Below, in pieces: positions 9,941 through 19,798 of a DNA stretch of 64,000 nucleotides. Source of the DNA: Candidatus Bathyarchaeota archaeon (GTDB taxonomy: Archaea; Thermoproteota; Bathyarchaeia; Bathyarchaeales; Bathycorpusculaceae); contig CAVYES010000006.1 of assembly GCA_963767735.1 (NCBI GenBank), forward strand, positions 548,169-612,168, written 5' to 3'. The notes beneath the pieces were generated by a model. It saw nothing but the letters and a program-made list of their open reading frames with translations. It was not told the origin of the DNA and made no database searches. The stretch's first letter is position 1. Each line of letters begins with the position of its first letter. Both the position numbers and the translations under genes were made by a program.

Positions 9941-10144
9941 TTATATATGAGTGAAGTAACAGGGTTCTTCGTTAACGGCACGTTGAGATAGTTTGCTTAT
10001 TTCGAGTTCTGAAACGGCTCGGTTATTCTGGCTTCTAGTCAGACTTGCGGAATCCTTATTTTTTAGGAGCAGTTTGCGGTAAATCTCTTTTGTTTCCGAC
10101 TTTTCCATCCCTGATGTCACTAAGCCCATTTTTGCTTCACTCAT
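9941..10144 (-). CDS. small hypothetical protein
   Basis: MSEAKMGLVTSG..., downstream of the box/TATA at 10175-10202. Confidence 0.4.
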   Translation of the reverse strand: MSEAKMGLVTSGMEKSETKEIYRKLLLKNKDSASLTRSQNNRAVSELEISKLSQRAVNEEPCYFTHI

Positions 10145-10190
10145 TTTTCCTTGATTGCTAATACGTGAAAAAGAATATAAGGATGGTTGT

Positions 10191-10202
10191 GATTTGTTCA
10201 TA
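10191..10202 (-). promoter_or_regulatory. TATGAACAAATC box 1
   Basis: 9 nt upstream of CTTATATT. Confidence 0.7.
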
Positions 10203-10278
10203 TTTATTATGAAATATTGAACGTGTTATAACAATTCTAGGTCAACTTTTGAATATTTATCGCATATTTAAGAAAAAT

Positions 10279-10290
10279 TCTTAACAAATC
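10279..10290 (+). promoter_or_regulatory. box 2 (variant TCTTAACAAATC)
   Basis: 9 nt upstream of TTTAAATA; precedes small ORF and Lrp gene. Confidence 0.6.
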
Positions 10291-10357
10291 ATAACCAGAT
10301 TTAAATAATATGCTGCCGCGTTGTCAAATCAGAAATTGAAAGAGTGAAACCGTAACA

Positions 10358-10594
10358 ATGTTTGACCCAACCCAACTTTTCTGTGCGGGAGTTGGTTTTG
10401 CTTCCTTAACATCGACTTTTGGTTACTTCATGATCTGTTTTAAAAAGAGTCTCAAAGTGCAGACTAATGATAGCGTAAAGTACAGAAAAGGTAGTGATAA
10501 TGCCCGTTTAAAGAAATCGAAACAATCCCGACCGATTCTGAAAAACGGATCAAATAGCATAATATTGAGGTGCTCACGAGGTGGCAGGTACTGA
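10358..10594 (+). CDS. small protein with one N-terminal TM helix
   Basis: MFDPTQLFCAGVGFASLTSTFGYFMICFKKSLKV...; overlaps the Lrp start region. Confidence 0.45.
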   Translation: MFDPTQLFCAGVGFASLTSTFGYFMICFKKSLKVQTNDSVKYRKGSDNARLKKSKQSRPILKNGSNSIILRCSRGGRY

Positions 10595-11061
10595 AAAACA
10601 ATGTTGCTGAAAAATTGGATAACATAGACATTAATATTCTTCATTTGCTTCAGGAAGATTGCCGGCTAAGTTGTCACAAGATCGCGATAAGACTCAAAAT
10701 ATCTGTAGGCACCGTTCTGAAACATGTAGAAGACATGCAGAATAGGGGGCTCTTGAAAGGATATTCTGCAGTTCTGGACTCGGTCAAGCTTGGGTACATG
10801 ATGACAACGGTTATTTTCGTTCAAACTGAAGGTGGGCATCACGATTACATCAAAAACATAATTGTAAATGAGACCAATGTAACGTCTAGCTACGATATTA
10901 CTGGAAACTTCGACTTAGTTCTAATCGCCAAGTTTAAAGAAAGTTCCGACTTGATTTCTTTCATAAAACGATTACTGTTGATTCCCCATGTTCGACGAAC
11001 CGCTACAGACATAGTCCTCAACATAATTAAAGAAGACGCCTCTTCACTAGTGATTGGGTAA
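10570..11061 (+). CDS. Lrp/AsnC family transcription regulator
   Basis: LDNIDINILHLLQEDCRLS..IA..LKISVGTV HTH; ITGNFDLVL RAM domain. Confidence 0.92.
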   Translation: MLTRWQVLKNNVAEKLDNIDINILHLLQEDCRLSCHKIAIRLKISVGTVLKHVEDMQNRGLLKGYSAVLDSVKLGYMMTTVIFVQTEGGHHDYIKNIIVNETNVTSSYDITGNFDLVLIAKFKESSDLISFIKRLLLIPHVRRTATDIVLNIIKEDASSLVIG

Positions 11062-11312
11062 AATGAACATTCAAAATAGATGCTTAACAAAGTGAGGGAA
11101 ACGACGTGAAAAAAACTTTAGGAATAATTGCAGCCTTTAACTCTACCGGACTTTACCACAGAACCGGGCAGGGTCAGTTAAATCTTCAACTAAATCTTTT
11201 CCTGAATTAATATCGATTTGCAGTCGTTGCGCGCGGTGGTGGTTTTTCGTTTTTTCACTAGTTTAATTTTTGAAAGAAACTACGCTTTTCTTAAAAAAAG
11301 TAAAAGGGGGAG

Positions 11313-12872
11313 CTAATCTTTTTTCCAGAACTTGAAGGTTCTGGATTTAGTGCTTGCAGTCTTGATTTCGTCCTCGTCTTTGCCTGGGAATGGGAACAAG
11401 CCGGAGGGCTTCGATTTTGAGTTGACGCGGAAATAGATTAAACCTATTGTCAACCATATTGCGGTGCCGGCTATAGCGAAGATTCCTTCCGTTGCTGAAG
11501 CCCCTCCGCCTGCAAAGCTGAGGTACACGATTGTAGCCATCATAACGGCGTTGGCGGCGAAGCCTGCGATTGGAACTACCCTGCGTTTTAGTATGTTACT
11601 GCGTTCTTTAGTGAATGCTATTAGGGCTACGATGTTTGTTATTCCATACAGTAGGAAGGTACCGAAGTTTGATAGTAATGTTATTGAGGTTAGGTTTGTG
11701 ATTGTTAGTACTCCGAAAGATCCTATAACCGCTGCAACAGCTGTCATTACCCAGATTCCAATCGCTGGAGTTGAGTATTTTGGGTTTAGCTTACTGAGGT
11801 GATAAGGCACTTCGGTGTCTCGGCTGATTGCGTAAGTTACTCTAACGCCGGTGTTCATGCATGCGAGGGTAGTGCCTAATATTGCAGCAGCTACAATTGC
11901 AGCTATTATTAATTCTAATGTGAAACCGTTGCCTCCGAGGAATACGTTTCCCAGGTTGTGAACCATATCGCCGATGGGGGCGCTTGAAACTGCAGCTGCG
12001 CTAAATCCTGTAAATGTCTTGCCACTTTGTGTTATAGTATAGCTGGAGTTCATCCATGCTTCGGCTCCGAAGTATTCAAATAGGTACGCGAAGGCGCCTT
12101 GAATGATCAAAGATAAAATGATTGCTTTTGGAACAACCTTTGGATCTTTGGCTTCTCCGGTATATGCCGTTGCCGATTCGAAGCCGACTAGTACTAAGAT
12201 GGCGATGGTCGCTTGAAATAACACAGTACTGATATCGTGAGGTGTGACTATTCCGCCTAAGCTAGTGAACGTAAAGGATACGTGTTGAGGGTTCAGGAAA
12301 CGGAATGCCAAGGCCATTCCGGTGATTATGACCAGCATTCCGATTTGAACTATGTTGAGGAGAAGGTTTGTTTTTGTTGATCCTTGAATTCCGCGGTAAG
12401 CTATCGCGCCTGTGACGACTGCAAATAAGCAGGCGATGCCGATTTCTCCTAAGGGTGAAATGCTGAATCCTAGTACAGATAAAATCCATGTTAGCAGGAT
12501 GGACATTGCTGCAACCATGACTCCTGGATACACCCAGTAGTATAGGTGTGATATCCAGCCGACGCCGAACTTTGCGTTTCTGGCTGAGGTGTTGCTGCTT
12601 CCGTTGTCTAGTAAGGCTCTTTGAGCAAAGTAATATGAACTACCTGGACCAGCATCGGGATAACGCCGGGCTAGCCACGAGTAAGAAGCGGCAGTTAGGA
12701 ACGCCAAAATTAATGCTAGTGTGAGGCCAAAAAATATGTCGTTGGCTGTTGAAGCGCCAGACGGAGTGGTCTGGGCTGCGTTTATCTGAAAAGTAAGCCA
12801 CAAGAAAGCCCCTGGAGCGATTAGGGCCATGGCGTTTATTGTAATGCCTCCTAGACCGAGGGTTTTTTTCAA
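11313..12872 (-). CDS. APC-superfamily amino acid/polyamine permease
   Basis: KKTLGL, P.AG.SY, GFESAT..GEAKDP, R..YAISRD; ~12 TMs. Confidence 0.9.
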   Translation of the reverse strand: MKKTLGLGGITINAMALIAPGAFLWLTFQINAAQTTPSGASTANDIFFGLTLALILAFLTAASYSWLARRYPDAGPGSSYYFAQRALLDNGSSNTSARNAKFGVGWISHLYYWVYPGVMVAAMSILLTWILSVLGFSISPLGEIGIACLFAVVTGAIAYRGIQGSTKTNLLLNIVQIGMLVIITGMALAFRFLNPQHVSFTFTSLGGIVTPHDISTVLFQATIAILVLVGFESATAYTGEAKDPKVVPKAIILSLIIQGAFAYLFEYFGAEAWMNSSYTITQSGKTFTGFSAAAVSSAPIGDMVHNLGNVFLGGNGFTLELIIAAIVAAAILGTTLACMNTGVRVTYAISRDTEVPYHLSKLNPKYSTPAIGIWVMTAVAAVIGSFGVLTITNLTSITLLSNFGTFLLYGITNIVALIAFTKERSNILKRRVVPIAGFAANAVMMATIVYLSFAGGGASATEGIFAIAGTAIWLTIGLIYFRVNSKSKPSGLFPFPGKDEDEIKTASTKSRTFKFWKKD

Positions 12873-13099
12873 TTGTGTCTTTTGCGGCTGTGAACCTGTT
12901 GAGTCAGCTATTCTATTTTCCCTCCTCTAAGTGGCAAGCTCAAAATAGCGGAAAGTAGTGTGTTGCCTTTTTTAACGAGTAGCGTATCGTGCTTTCTGCT
13001 TGATTTTTTTATATTTGGAGATTTCATTCTCTTTTTCATCTAGTAACACCGAAACTTTTAGTCAATAAAGCAAGTCTAGCGAAATATAAACCTGATTAA

Positions 13100-13111
13100 G
13101 ATTTGTTCATA
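13100..13111 (-). promoter_or_regulatory. TATGAACAAATC box 3 (permease promoter)
   Basis: 9 nt upstream of TTTATATT; overlaps near-palindrome TTCATAA-CTT-TTATGAT. Confidence 0.75.
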
Positions 13112-13422
13112 ACTTTTATGATAAACAGAAATAATGTTCAATTAAAATAAATTAAATTAGACATTTGACTGGACAATTGCTATTTGGTTGAGCATCAGTT
13201 TGACCAAGTTCCGAAAGACACCCATCACTAATTTAACATAATCCCTGATTAAGTTATTTGAAAGTTAACGAATTGCCAAGTCCAAAGATAGTGGAGATTC
13301 ATCCGGAGACTTGGGGACGTGCATATGACTATTCCAGCTTTTCAAGAAGTGAAAAAGGACTTATGCTAAAGTTACAATTAACTACTAATTGGCTTAAACT
13401 ACAGAGCTGTATACATGTCCTT

Positions 13423-16203
13423 TTAAGTGTGGTCGTGGATTTTAAGCGCTTCAGTACTTGTTTTAGTGAATTTACGGCTGAAGAACTTTCTAATTTCCTC
13501 CGCGAAAACAACGATTATAGCCAGTGAAACCAGAAATGCCCAGTTGCTTAAAGAGAGGCTTGTTGTTGTGAAGATGTGCTGCATAAATGGAACATAGACA
13601 ATTAATGATAGGATTCCGATTTGTGATGCGATCCCAAAGATTATCCACTTATTTGTTTTCAAGCTTGTTTTGAAGATTGATTGCTTACTGGTTCGACATG
13701 CTAAGACGTTACCTGCTTGAGCTACTACTATGCCAGCAAAAGTCATAGTTACACCTTTGGCGTAAACTCCGCTAGTATAAAATGAACTGGTACTTGTTAA
13801 TGCCATTCCGAAGTGCCATCCACCCGCCGCCCAAGCATTGAGACACCCAATCATAGCTCCTGCGGCAATGATAACCCCGACGAACACTGAGCGGAGTAGA
13901 ACCTTGCGGGTAAAAAGCCTCTCCTTGATGCTTCTGGGTGGCTCTTGCATAATTCCTGCTTCAGGAGGCTCACGGCTTAAAGCCAATGAAGGAATAACGT
14001 CAATCGCAAGGTCAATTGCTAACACTTGCGGCACAAGCAATGGCAAAGGAATACCTAAAACGGCGTACAATATGAACGGAATCAGTTCAGCCCAGTTATG
14101 CGAAAACACGTAAACAATAAATTTGCGAATATTTTCATAAATTGCCCTGCCAGACTCAATAGCTTTTACAATGGATGCAAAGCTATCATTGAGCAAAACA
14201 ATATCGGCGGCTTCACGAGCAACATCAGTGCCCGACGCGCCCATGGCAACGCCGATGTCAGCTTCCTTAAGCGAAGGTGCATCGTTTGCTCCGTCGCCAG
14301 TTACTGCTACGATTTCTCCGGTCTTTTTGAGCACTGTAACTATGCGTAGTTTCTGTTCAGGTGAAACACGAGCAAAAATCACGTTGCCTTTGCGAACTTC
14401 ATCTATGATTGCTTGGTCGCTTAATTCTTCCAAGTCCACGCCGCGAATAATCTGGCGGTTTTCCCGCTCGACAATTCCAACCTCTTGGGCAATAGCCTGA
14501 GCGGTTGGACCATAGTCCCCAGTGATTATAACGGTTTTTACTCCTGCTTGCCTTGCCTCTAAAACGGCATCTTTGACTTCTGTTCTTGGAGGATCACGCA
14601 TTGCAGCCAAGCCCACAAAAATTAGGTCTTTTTCTGCTTCGTCTTTGTTGTAGGTGCTTTTGGGTATTTCCTTGTATGCAGCAGCTATGACGCGCAAGCC
14701 CTGAGTGGCAAACTCGTGAATCTTTGATTCAATAATCTTAATGTTTTCTTGGTTCAATTCTTCAGCGTTACTGTCAATAAGCACTTTGCTGCAGATGTCC
14801 AAGATGTTCCTGGGAGCACCTTTTGTGTAAATGCAAACGTCTCCGTTCAACTTGTGAACTGTACTCATGCGCTTTCGCTCAAAACTGAACGGTAAAACAT
14901 GTACAATCGGTTTCGCCTCTAAAGCATTTTGAACATTCACATTCGATTTGAGTGCGGCAACAAGTAAAGCACCGTCAGTCGGGTCGCCTATCACACCCCA
15001 ATTTCTGTTTCTGTCCGAAGGAGGATCAAGCTTTGCGCCATTGCAGAGTGCCGTAATCTCAATAAGCTTCTCCAGAGATCCAATTTGGCCCTCCTGCAAT
15101 AGCTGACCTTTTATAGTGAAATCGCCTTCGGGCTTATAGCCTAAGCCCGAAACATCCACAACAGAATCGTAAACCCACAGATTGTTCACAGTCATTTCGC
15201 CTTTTGTTATTGTGCCTGTCTTGTCCGTGCAGATTACCGTGACACTGCCCAAGGTTTGAACAGCTGATAACCGTTTTACCAAAACGTTCTGTTTTACCAT
15301 TTTTAGAACGTTGATGGCTAAGGCGCTGGAAACGGTGACTTGCAACCCTTCAGGAACGCAAGCCACCATTACACCAATCATGAAGAAAATGCCTGTCGCC
15401 AATGTGACATGTAAGAAAAGAAAACTAAAGGCAAAAAATATTGCGCCAACGGCAACGGCAATTATAAAATCATACTTTGCGGTTAAAGCAATTTCTCTTT
15501 GAAGCGGGCTATCTTCTTCATGAATTGTCTGAGTTAAATTAGCTATTCTTCCAAACTGGGTATTCATTCCTGTTGAGTAAACAACTGCTTTTCCTTGACC
15601 CTTAGCGACGCTTGTGCTCATGAAAACGAGGTTTGGAGAATACAAATAGGCTTTCTCAGGAGTTTTCACGACGTCTGCAACGCGAGGTTGTGGTTCCGAC
15701 TCGCCTGTTAAGGGAACATTATTGGTCCATAAGTCAAAAGCTTCAATTAAGCGTCCGTCTGCTGGTACGCGGTCGCCTTCCTCCAGCGATATGATGTCTC
15801 CGGGGACAATTTCTCTGACTGAGATTTTTTTGTGTTCTCCATCTCGGATTACTTTGGCAAACTCGGGCATCCAGCTTTTGAGGGTTGCAATTGCTTTTTC
15901 CGCACGGGACTCTTGGAACATGCTTACAAAAATGTTTACGAAAACGACTGCAAGTATGATTAGGGCAAGTTCTGGACTGCCGCTTATGTAAGATAAGATG
16001 CTTGCGACAAGCAATAAGATGCCGAATAGGTCTCGAAGATGTCTGATAAATTTGTGAATAAACGGTATTTGCCTTTTTTCGGAAAGTTGGTTGTAGCCGT
16101 ATTTTGTTAAGCGGAGTTTTGCCTCTTCGCTTGTCAAACCATTTGGTGATGTCTTGAGTTCGTCGAAGACCTCGGTAATTGGTAAAGAAGCAGCTTTTTC
16201 CAA
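13423..16203 (-). CDS. cation-transporting P-type ATPase (P2, Na/K-like membrane motifs)
   Basis: TGES, VPEGL, DKTGTIT, KGAP, DPPR, TGDGANDAP; TM6 LAIDLAIDVIP. Confidence 0.95.
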   Translation of the reverse strand: MEKAASLPITEVFDELKTSPNGLTSEEAKLRLTKYGYNQLSEKRQIPFIHKFIRHLRDLFGILLLVASILSYISGSPELALIILAVVFVNIFVSMFQESRAEKAIATLKSWMPEFAKVIRDGEHKKISVREIVPGDIISLEEGDRVPADGRLIEAFDLWTNNVPLTGESEPQPRVADVVKTPEKAYLYSPNLVFMSTSVAKGQGKAVVYSTGMNTQFGRIANLTQTIHEEDSPLQREIALTAKYDFIIAVAVGAIFFAFSFLFLHVTLATGIFFMIGVMVACVPEGLQVTVSSALAINVLKMVKQNVLVKRLSAVQTLGSVTVICTDKTGTITKGEMTVNNLWVYDSVVDVSGLGYKPEGDFTIKGQLLQEGQIGSLEKLIEITALCNGAKLDPPSDRNRNWGVIGDPTDGALLVAALKSNVNVQNALEAKPIVHVLPFSFERKRMSTVHKLNGDVCIYTKGAPRNILDICSKVLIDSNAEELNQENIKIIESKIHEFATQGLRVIAAAYKEIPKSTYNKDEAEKDLIFVGLAAMRDPPRTEVKDAVLEARQAGVKTVIITGDYGPTAQAIAQEVGIVERENRQIIRGVDLEELSDQAIIDEVRKGNVIFARVSPEQKLRIVTVLKKTGEIVAVTGDGANDAPSLKEADIGVAMGASGTDVAREAADIVLLNDSFASIVKAIESGRAIYENIRKFIVYVFSHNWAELIPFILYAVLGIPLPLLVPQVLAIDLAIDVIPSLALSREPPEAGIMQEPPRSIKERLFTRKVLLRSVFVGVIIAAGAMIGCLNAWAAGGWHFGMALTSTSSFYTSGVYAKGVTMTFAGIVVAQAGNVLACRTSKQSIFKTSLKTNKWIIFGIASQIGILSLIVYVPFMQHIFTTTSLSLSNWAFLVSLAIIVVFAEEIRKFFSRKFTKTSTEALKIHDHT

Positions 16204-16219
16204 ATAAATTCCGCCAACC

Positions 16220-16432
16220 TCACGATTGACTAATATTTACTACACTTAAATCATTGGGTAATTTTTTAGCGGTTGGCCTTTGTTGGTTCAAGCCAATGGA
16301 GCAGCAACTTTGTTCTATTTCTCGCGCTATGATTTGTCCTGATGTTATGTTCTTCAGAAAATCCATAAAGAGTCTGTCTTTTATCTTCGAGTTTATCGAT
16401 TCTTTCAGATCAGCATAGTAAGAGTAGGACAT
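16220..16432 (-). CDS. small hypothetical protein upstream of ATPase
   Basis: AGGAG SD upstream; ends 16 nt before ATPase start. Confidence 0.35.
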   Translation of the reverse strand: MSYSYYADLKESINSKIKDRLFMDFLKNITSGQIIAREIEQSCCSIGLNQQRPTAKKLPNDLSVVNISQS

Positions 16433-16533
16433 CTAATGTTGCTATTTCTCCTTTCTGTTTAAAACAATCTTTTAGATAATAATGTTTGGGCATCTTAGGG
16501 GGTAGCCTCACGGTTTCAGAAAAACAAAAAAGC

Positions 16534-16723
16534 TTAATGCAAAGCTACGCTGCCGCCTTCATGATGAACATTATAGGCAGCCTGTAGTAAGCGATTTACA
16601 CGACAAAGCTCAGGATAGATTTTTTTGTATTCTTCCGATGCATAGTAATCTATTTCGCATCGGATAAGCTTTTGCTTGACGATTTATTTATTTCAATGCT
16701 TCGTGTATGTTTTTGAATTTCAT
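16534..16723 (-). pseudogene. disrupted small gene
   Basis: MKFKNIHEALK*INRQAKAYP, then frame change to EIDYYASEEYKKIYPELCRVNRLLQAAYNVHHEGGSVALH*. Confidence 0.4.
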
Positions 16724-16770
16724 GTTTTCATCTTCGCTAATTTAGAGGATGTACAAATGGGTTTCTTTTG

Positions 16771-16871
16771 TTACACTTTGATTTTGAGTTCTAACTTGAT
16801 GCTGTACACTATGAAGGCAAATGACCCGATGATTGTCGCCTATCGATAGCTAAATCAATTATTCCAAACAT
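16771..16871 (-). pseudogene. copy of the 32-aa membrane micropeptide gene with two 1-nt insertions
   Basis: Inverted near-identical copy of 22105-22203; GGTGA SD. Confidence 0.7.
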
Positions 16872-16930
16872 ATTTTCACCATTTTACATCTCTCTCAAAG
16901 AGATGCTCAGTTAAATATAAATATATTTAT

Positions 16931-16942
16931 GATTTGTTCATA
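16931..16942 (-). promoter_or_regulatory. TATGAACAAATC box 4 (micropeptide/ATPase transcript)
   Basis: 9 nt upstream of TTTATATT. Confidence 0.75.
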
Positions 16943-17179
16943 ATATTCCTTAAAATATTGACAGCTGTCTAAACTGCAGCAGGAAAATTTATGTGAAATA
17001 AAGCATTAAAGCCCGTTTATGTGATGCACAAAAATTTGATCACTCTTTGAACAATGGAAGTATTCTAGCCCGAGCAGTCAAGCTAAAAAAACAGTTAGCT
17101 AACTGTGTGGTCATATTATAGGTTATATGTCCATATTATTACAGTATTACGTTACAAATTTTTTATTTTTCATAATTTT

Positions 17180-17191
17180 TATGAACAAATC
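17180..17191 (+). promoter_or_regulatory. TATGAACAAATC box 5 (glnA promoter)
   Basis: 9 nt upstream of TTTAAATG; overlaps palindrome TTCATAA-TTT-TTATGAA. Confidence 0.78.
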
Positions 17192-17259
17192 TCAATTACG
17201 TTTAAATGTATTCATCTCTCATTTTGCTAAACAAATAATCTGAATAAATGGTGAAATAA

Positions 17260-18726
17260 ATGGAAAAAAATGATTCAGTGAAAAAAGCTAAAGAGAGCCT
17301 AAAAAGCAACAACATAAGGTGGGTGCATTCTGCCTTCGTTGATATTCGTGGAATACTGCAAGACATGGTGCTTCCAGCAAGGGATTATCTTAGCGGCGAA
17401 GCATTTACTGCAGGAATAGGTTTTGACGGTTCTTCTGTTAGAGGATTTAAATCCATTGAAGAATCAGACATGATTTTCATGCCTGACGCAAAAACACTAT
17501 CTATAATGCCTTGGGTCACAGACGAAAAACAAAAAAGCGCCATAATTCTCGGAGACGTCTACGAAGCCTTCGGAGGAAAAGAGCCATCAGTCGTTGACCC
17601 GAGAAGTTTCGTTGCAAAAAGAGCGGTAGCAGAAGCCAAAGCAATGGGTTACACAGGATTCTTTGCGCCTGAACTCGAGTTCTTCGTCTTTTCCTCAATC
17701 GATCCAACTAAGCTAACTTGGGATCTTTGGGCCGCCCCAAAAAGCGGTGAAGGAGACGCATGGGGAGCACCAAGAGTCGTACCAAACTCGCCAGAAATCA
17801 CTCCAGGCGGATTTGTCATGCGACCCAAAGAAGCATACTACCGAACCCCGCCAGAAGACACCACTGTTGAGTTCAGAAACGAAGTTTGCCAAGTTCTAGA
17901 CGACAACTTTGGCTTAACTATTGAGAAACATCACCACGAAGTAGCTACAGTTGGTCAAGTAGAAATCGACTACAAATACGGCCAACTCGTGGAAACTGCA
18001 GACAGGGCGCTTTACTATAAATTCGTAGCAAAAAACATAGCTCATAATCGCGGATTAATAGCCACATTCATGCCTAAGCCAATCTACTTAGACAACGCTA
18101 GTGGTATGCACGTTCATCAATCAATTTGGTCAGGTGGAAAAACTGCCATGTATGATGAAGCTGACGACTACGCTGAACTGAGCCAAATCGGCAGATACTA
18201 TATTGGTGGATTGCTTGAACACGCCCGAGCTCTAACAGCCGTTTGTTGTCCAACCGTAAGCTCCTACAAACGTTTAGTGCCCGGTTTCGAAGCTCCAATC
18301 TACGTGCTATGGTCTCGACGCAACCGCTCCGCTTTAGTCCGCGTACCATTGTATTACAAAGGACCGGAATTTGCTGCTCAAAAACGTGTCGAATATCGAG
18401 GTGCTGATCCATCATCCAACCCGTACCTGGCATTTGCCTGCCTTTTAGCGGCTGGGCTCGATGGTGTTAAAAAGAAACTTGATCCTGGCGACCCTGTGGA
18501 CGAAGACGTTTACAAACTCTCTGCCGGAAAACGCAAAGAACTTGGTATAAAAGAGTTGCCTACAACACTAAAAGAAGCGTTAGAGGAACTCAAAACCGAT
18601 GAAGTCCTTCAGCGAACACTTGGAAGCCACATTTTCGACGCATTTATCGAGCTTAAAACAAACGATTGGAACCAGTACTGCCTCTACGTGTCACCTTGGG
18701 AAATAATGAAATACCTCGACTACTAA
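17260..18726 (+). CDS. glnA: glutamine synthetase type I
   Basis: FDGSSVRGF, PELEFF, HHHEVA, TFMPKP, GMHVHQS, SYKRLVPGFEAP, NRSALVRVP, NPYLAFA. Confidence 0.97.
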   Translation: MEKNDSVKKAKESLKSNNIRWVHSAFVDIRGILQDMVLPARDYLSGEAFTAGIGFDGSSVRGFKSIEESDMIFMPDAKTLSIMPWVTDEKQKSAIILGDVYEAFGGKEPSVVDPRSFVAKRAVAEAKAMGYTGFFAPELEFFVFSSIDPTKLTWDLWAAPKSGEGDAWGAPRVVPNSPEITPGGFVMRPKEAYYRTPPEDTTVEFRNEVCQVLDDNFGLTIEKHHHEVATVGQVEIDYKYGQLVETADRALYYKFVAKNIAHNRGLIATFMPKPIYLDNASGMHVHQSIWSGGKTAMYDEADDYAELSQIGRYYIGGLLEHARALTAVCCPTVSSYKRLVPGFEAPIYVLWSRRNRSALVRVPLYYKGPEFAAQKRVEYRGADPSSNPYLAFACLLAAGLDGVKKKLDPGDPVDEDVYKLSAGKRKELGIKELPTTLKEALEELKTDEVLQRTLGSHIFDAFIELKTNDWNQYCLYVSPWEIMKYLDY

Positions 18727-18753
18727 GCATCAAAGCAAAAAGCAGGATTAAAC

Positions 18754-19740
18754 ATGGCACCAGATACATCATGAATATGAGAAGCTACTGCCAGAAATCC
18801 GAACGACTAACAGATGAAGTCGTCAAACAAAACATGGCTGACGGAATCCTGTTCTCAGCTGGAATACGACACAAGCATAATTGCCTACCATGCAGTCAAA
18901 TACAAACCCAAAATCCCCGCTTTGACCATGGCTTTTAAGCATGGCCACCCAAAAGACACCGAATACGTTAAAAAAATGGTGGATTTCCTTCACCTTCAAC
19001 ATGAATTCCACACTTTTGACCGCGAAGACGTACTGACTTCAGCTGAAAAAATCGTTCAGGTTCTTAAGATTTTTGATCCCATGGAAATAAGGAATGCTGT
19101 TTCAGTTTACATCGGCTTAACTATCGCAAAGAAAAAAGGAATTAAAAGCGTTTTCACCGGAGACGGAGTGGATGAGCTATTTGGTTATCCTTGGATGTGG
19201 AGTCTATCTGAAGCTGAATTAACCAAAAAATTCAAAGACATGTGGGGAGAAATGGGTTTCTCTTCAATTCCCATGGGCAAATCCTTAGGTGTTGAAGTAA
19301 AGCCGCCTTTTCTAGACCCATTGTTCATGGATTACGCAAAGAAGCTGCCCAACAAACTGAAAATCAACGAAGAAAACGGCGTAAAATACAGCAAATGGAT
19401 CCTTCGCAAAGCATATGAAGATTTGATTCCTAAAGAAGTGATTTGGCGACCCAAAGCACCTTTGGAGCAAGGAACTGGCACCACGGCTCTTCAGCATTAC
19501 TTCGATAAGCAACTTTCCGACAAAGATTTTGCAGAGCGCAAAAAACAAATCCTTGAGAAAGACGACGTTGTAATAACCAGCAAAGAGCAACTGATTTTAC
19601 TATGACTTCTTCCGAAAACACTTCGCAAAACCATCAAGCGTCTACAAGGAAAAGATAGGCAGGCAATGTCCCAACTGTAAAAGCTACGTGAAAACAGAGC
19701 TTGGGATTCTGCAAAGTATGCGGAAACATATCCCATCTAA
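18754..19740 (+). CDS. asparagine-synthase C-terminal (ATP pyrophosphatase) domain protein lacking glutaminase domain, C-terminal Zn ribbon; several frameshifts
   Basis: ILFSAG.DTS, FTGDGVDELFGY, PFLD, KWILRKAY, IWRPKAP; tail CPNC...CKVC in shifted frames. Confidence 0.75.
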
Positions 19741-19798
19741 TTTCCTTTTTTCATATTTACTTAAAATAATGGTTTAAGGTATTTTGCGGTTGGAGATT

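Noticed and set aside
11106-11210. Short ORF starting VKKTLG, like the permease N-terminus
   Set aside because: Similarity limited to about five residues.
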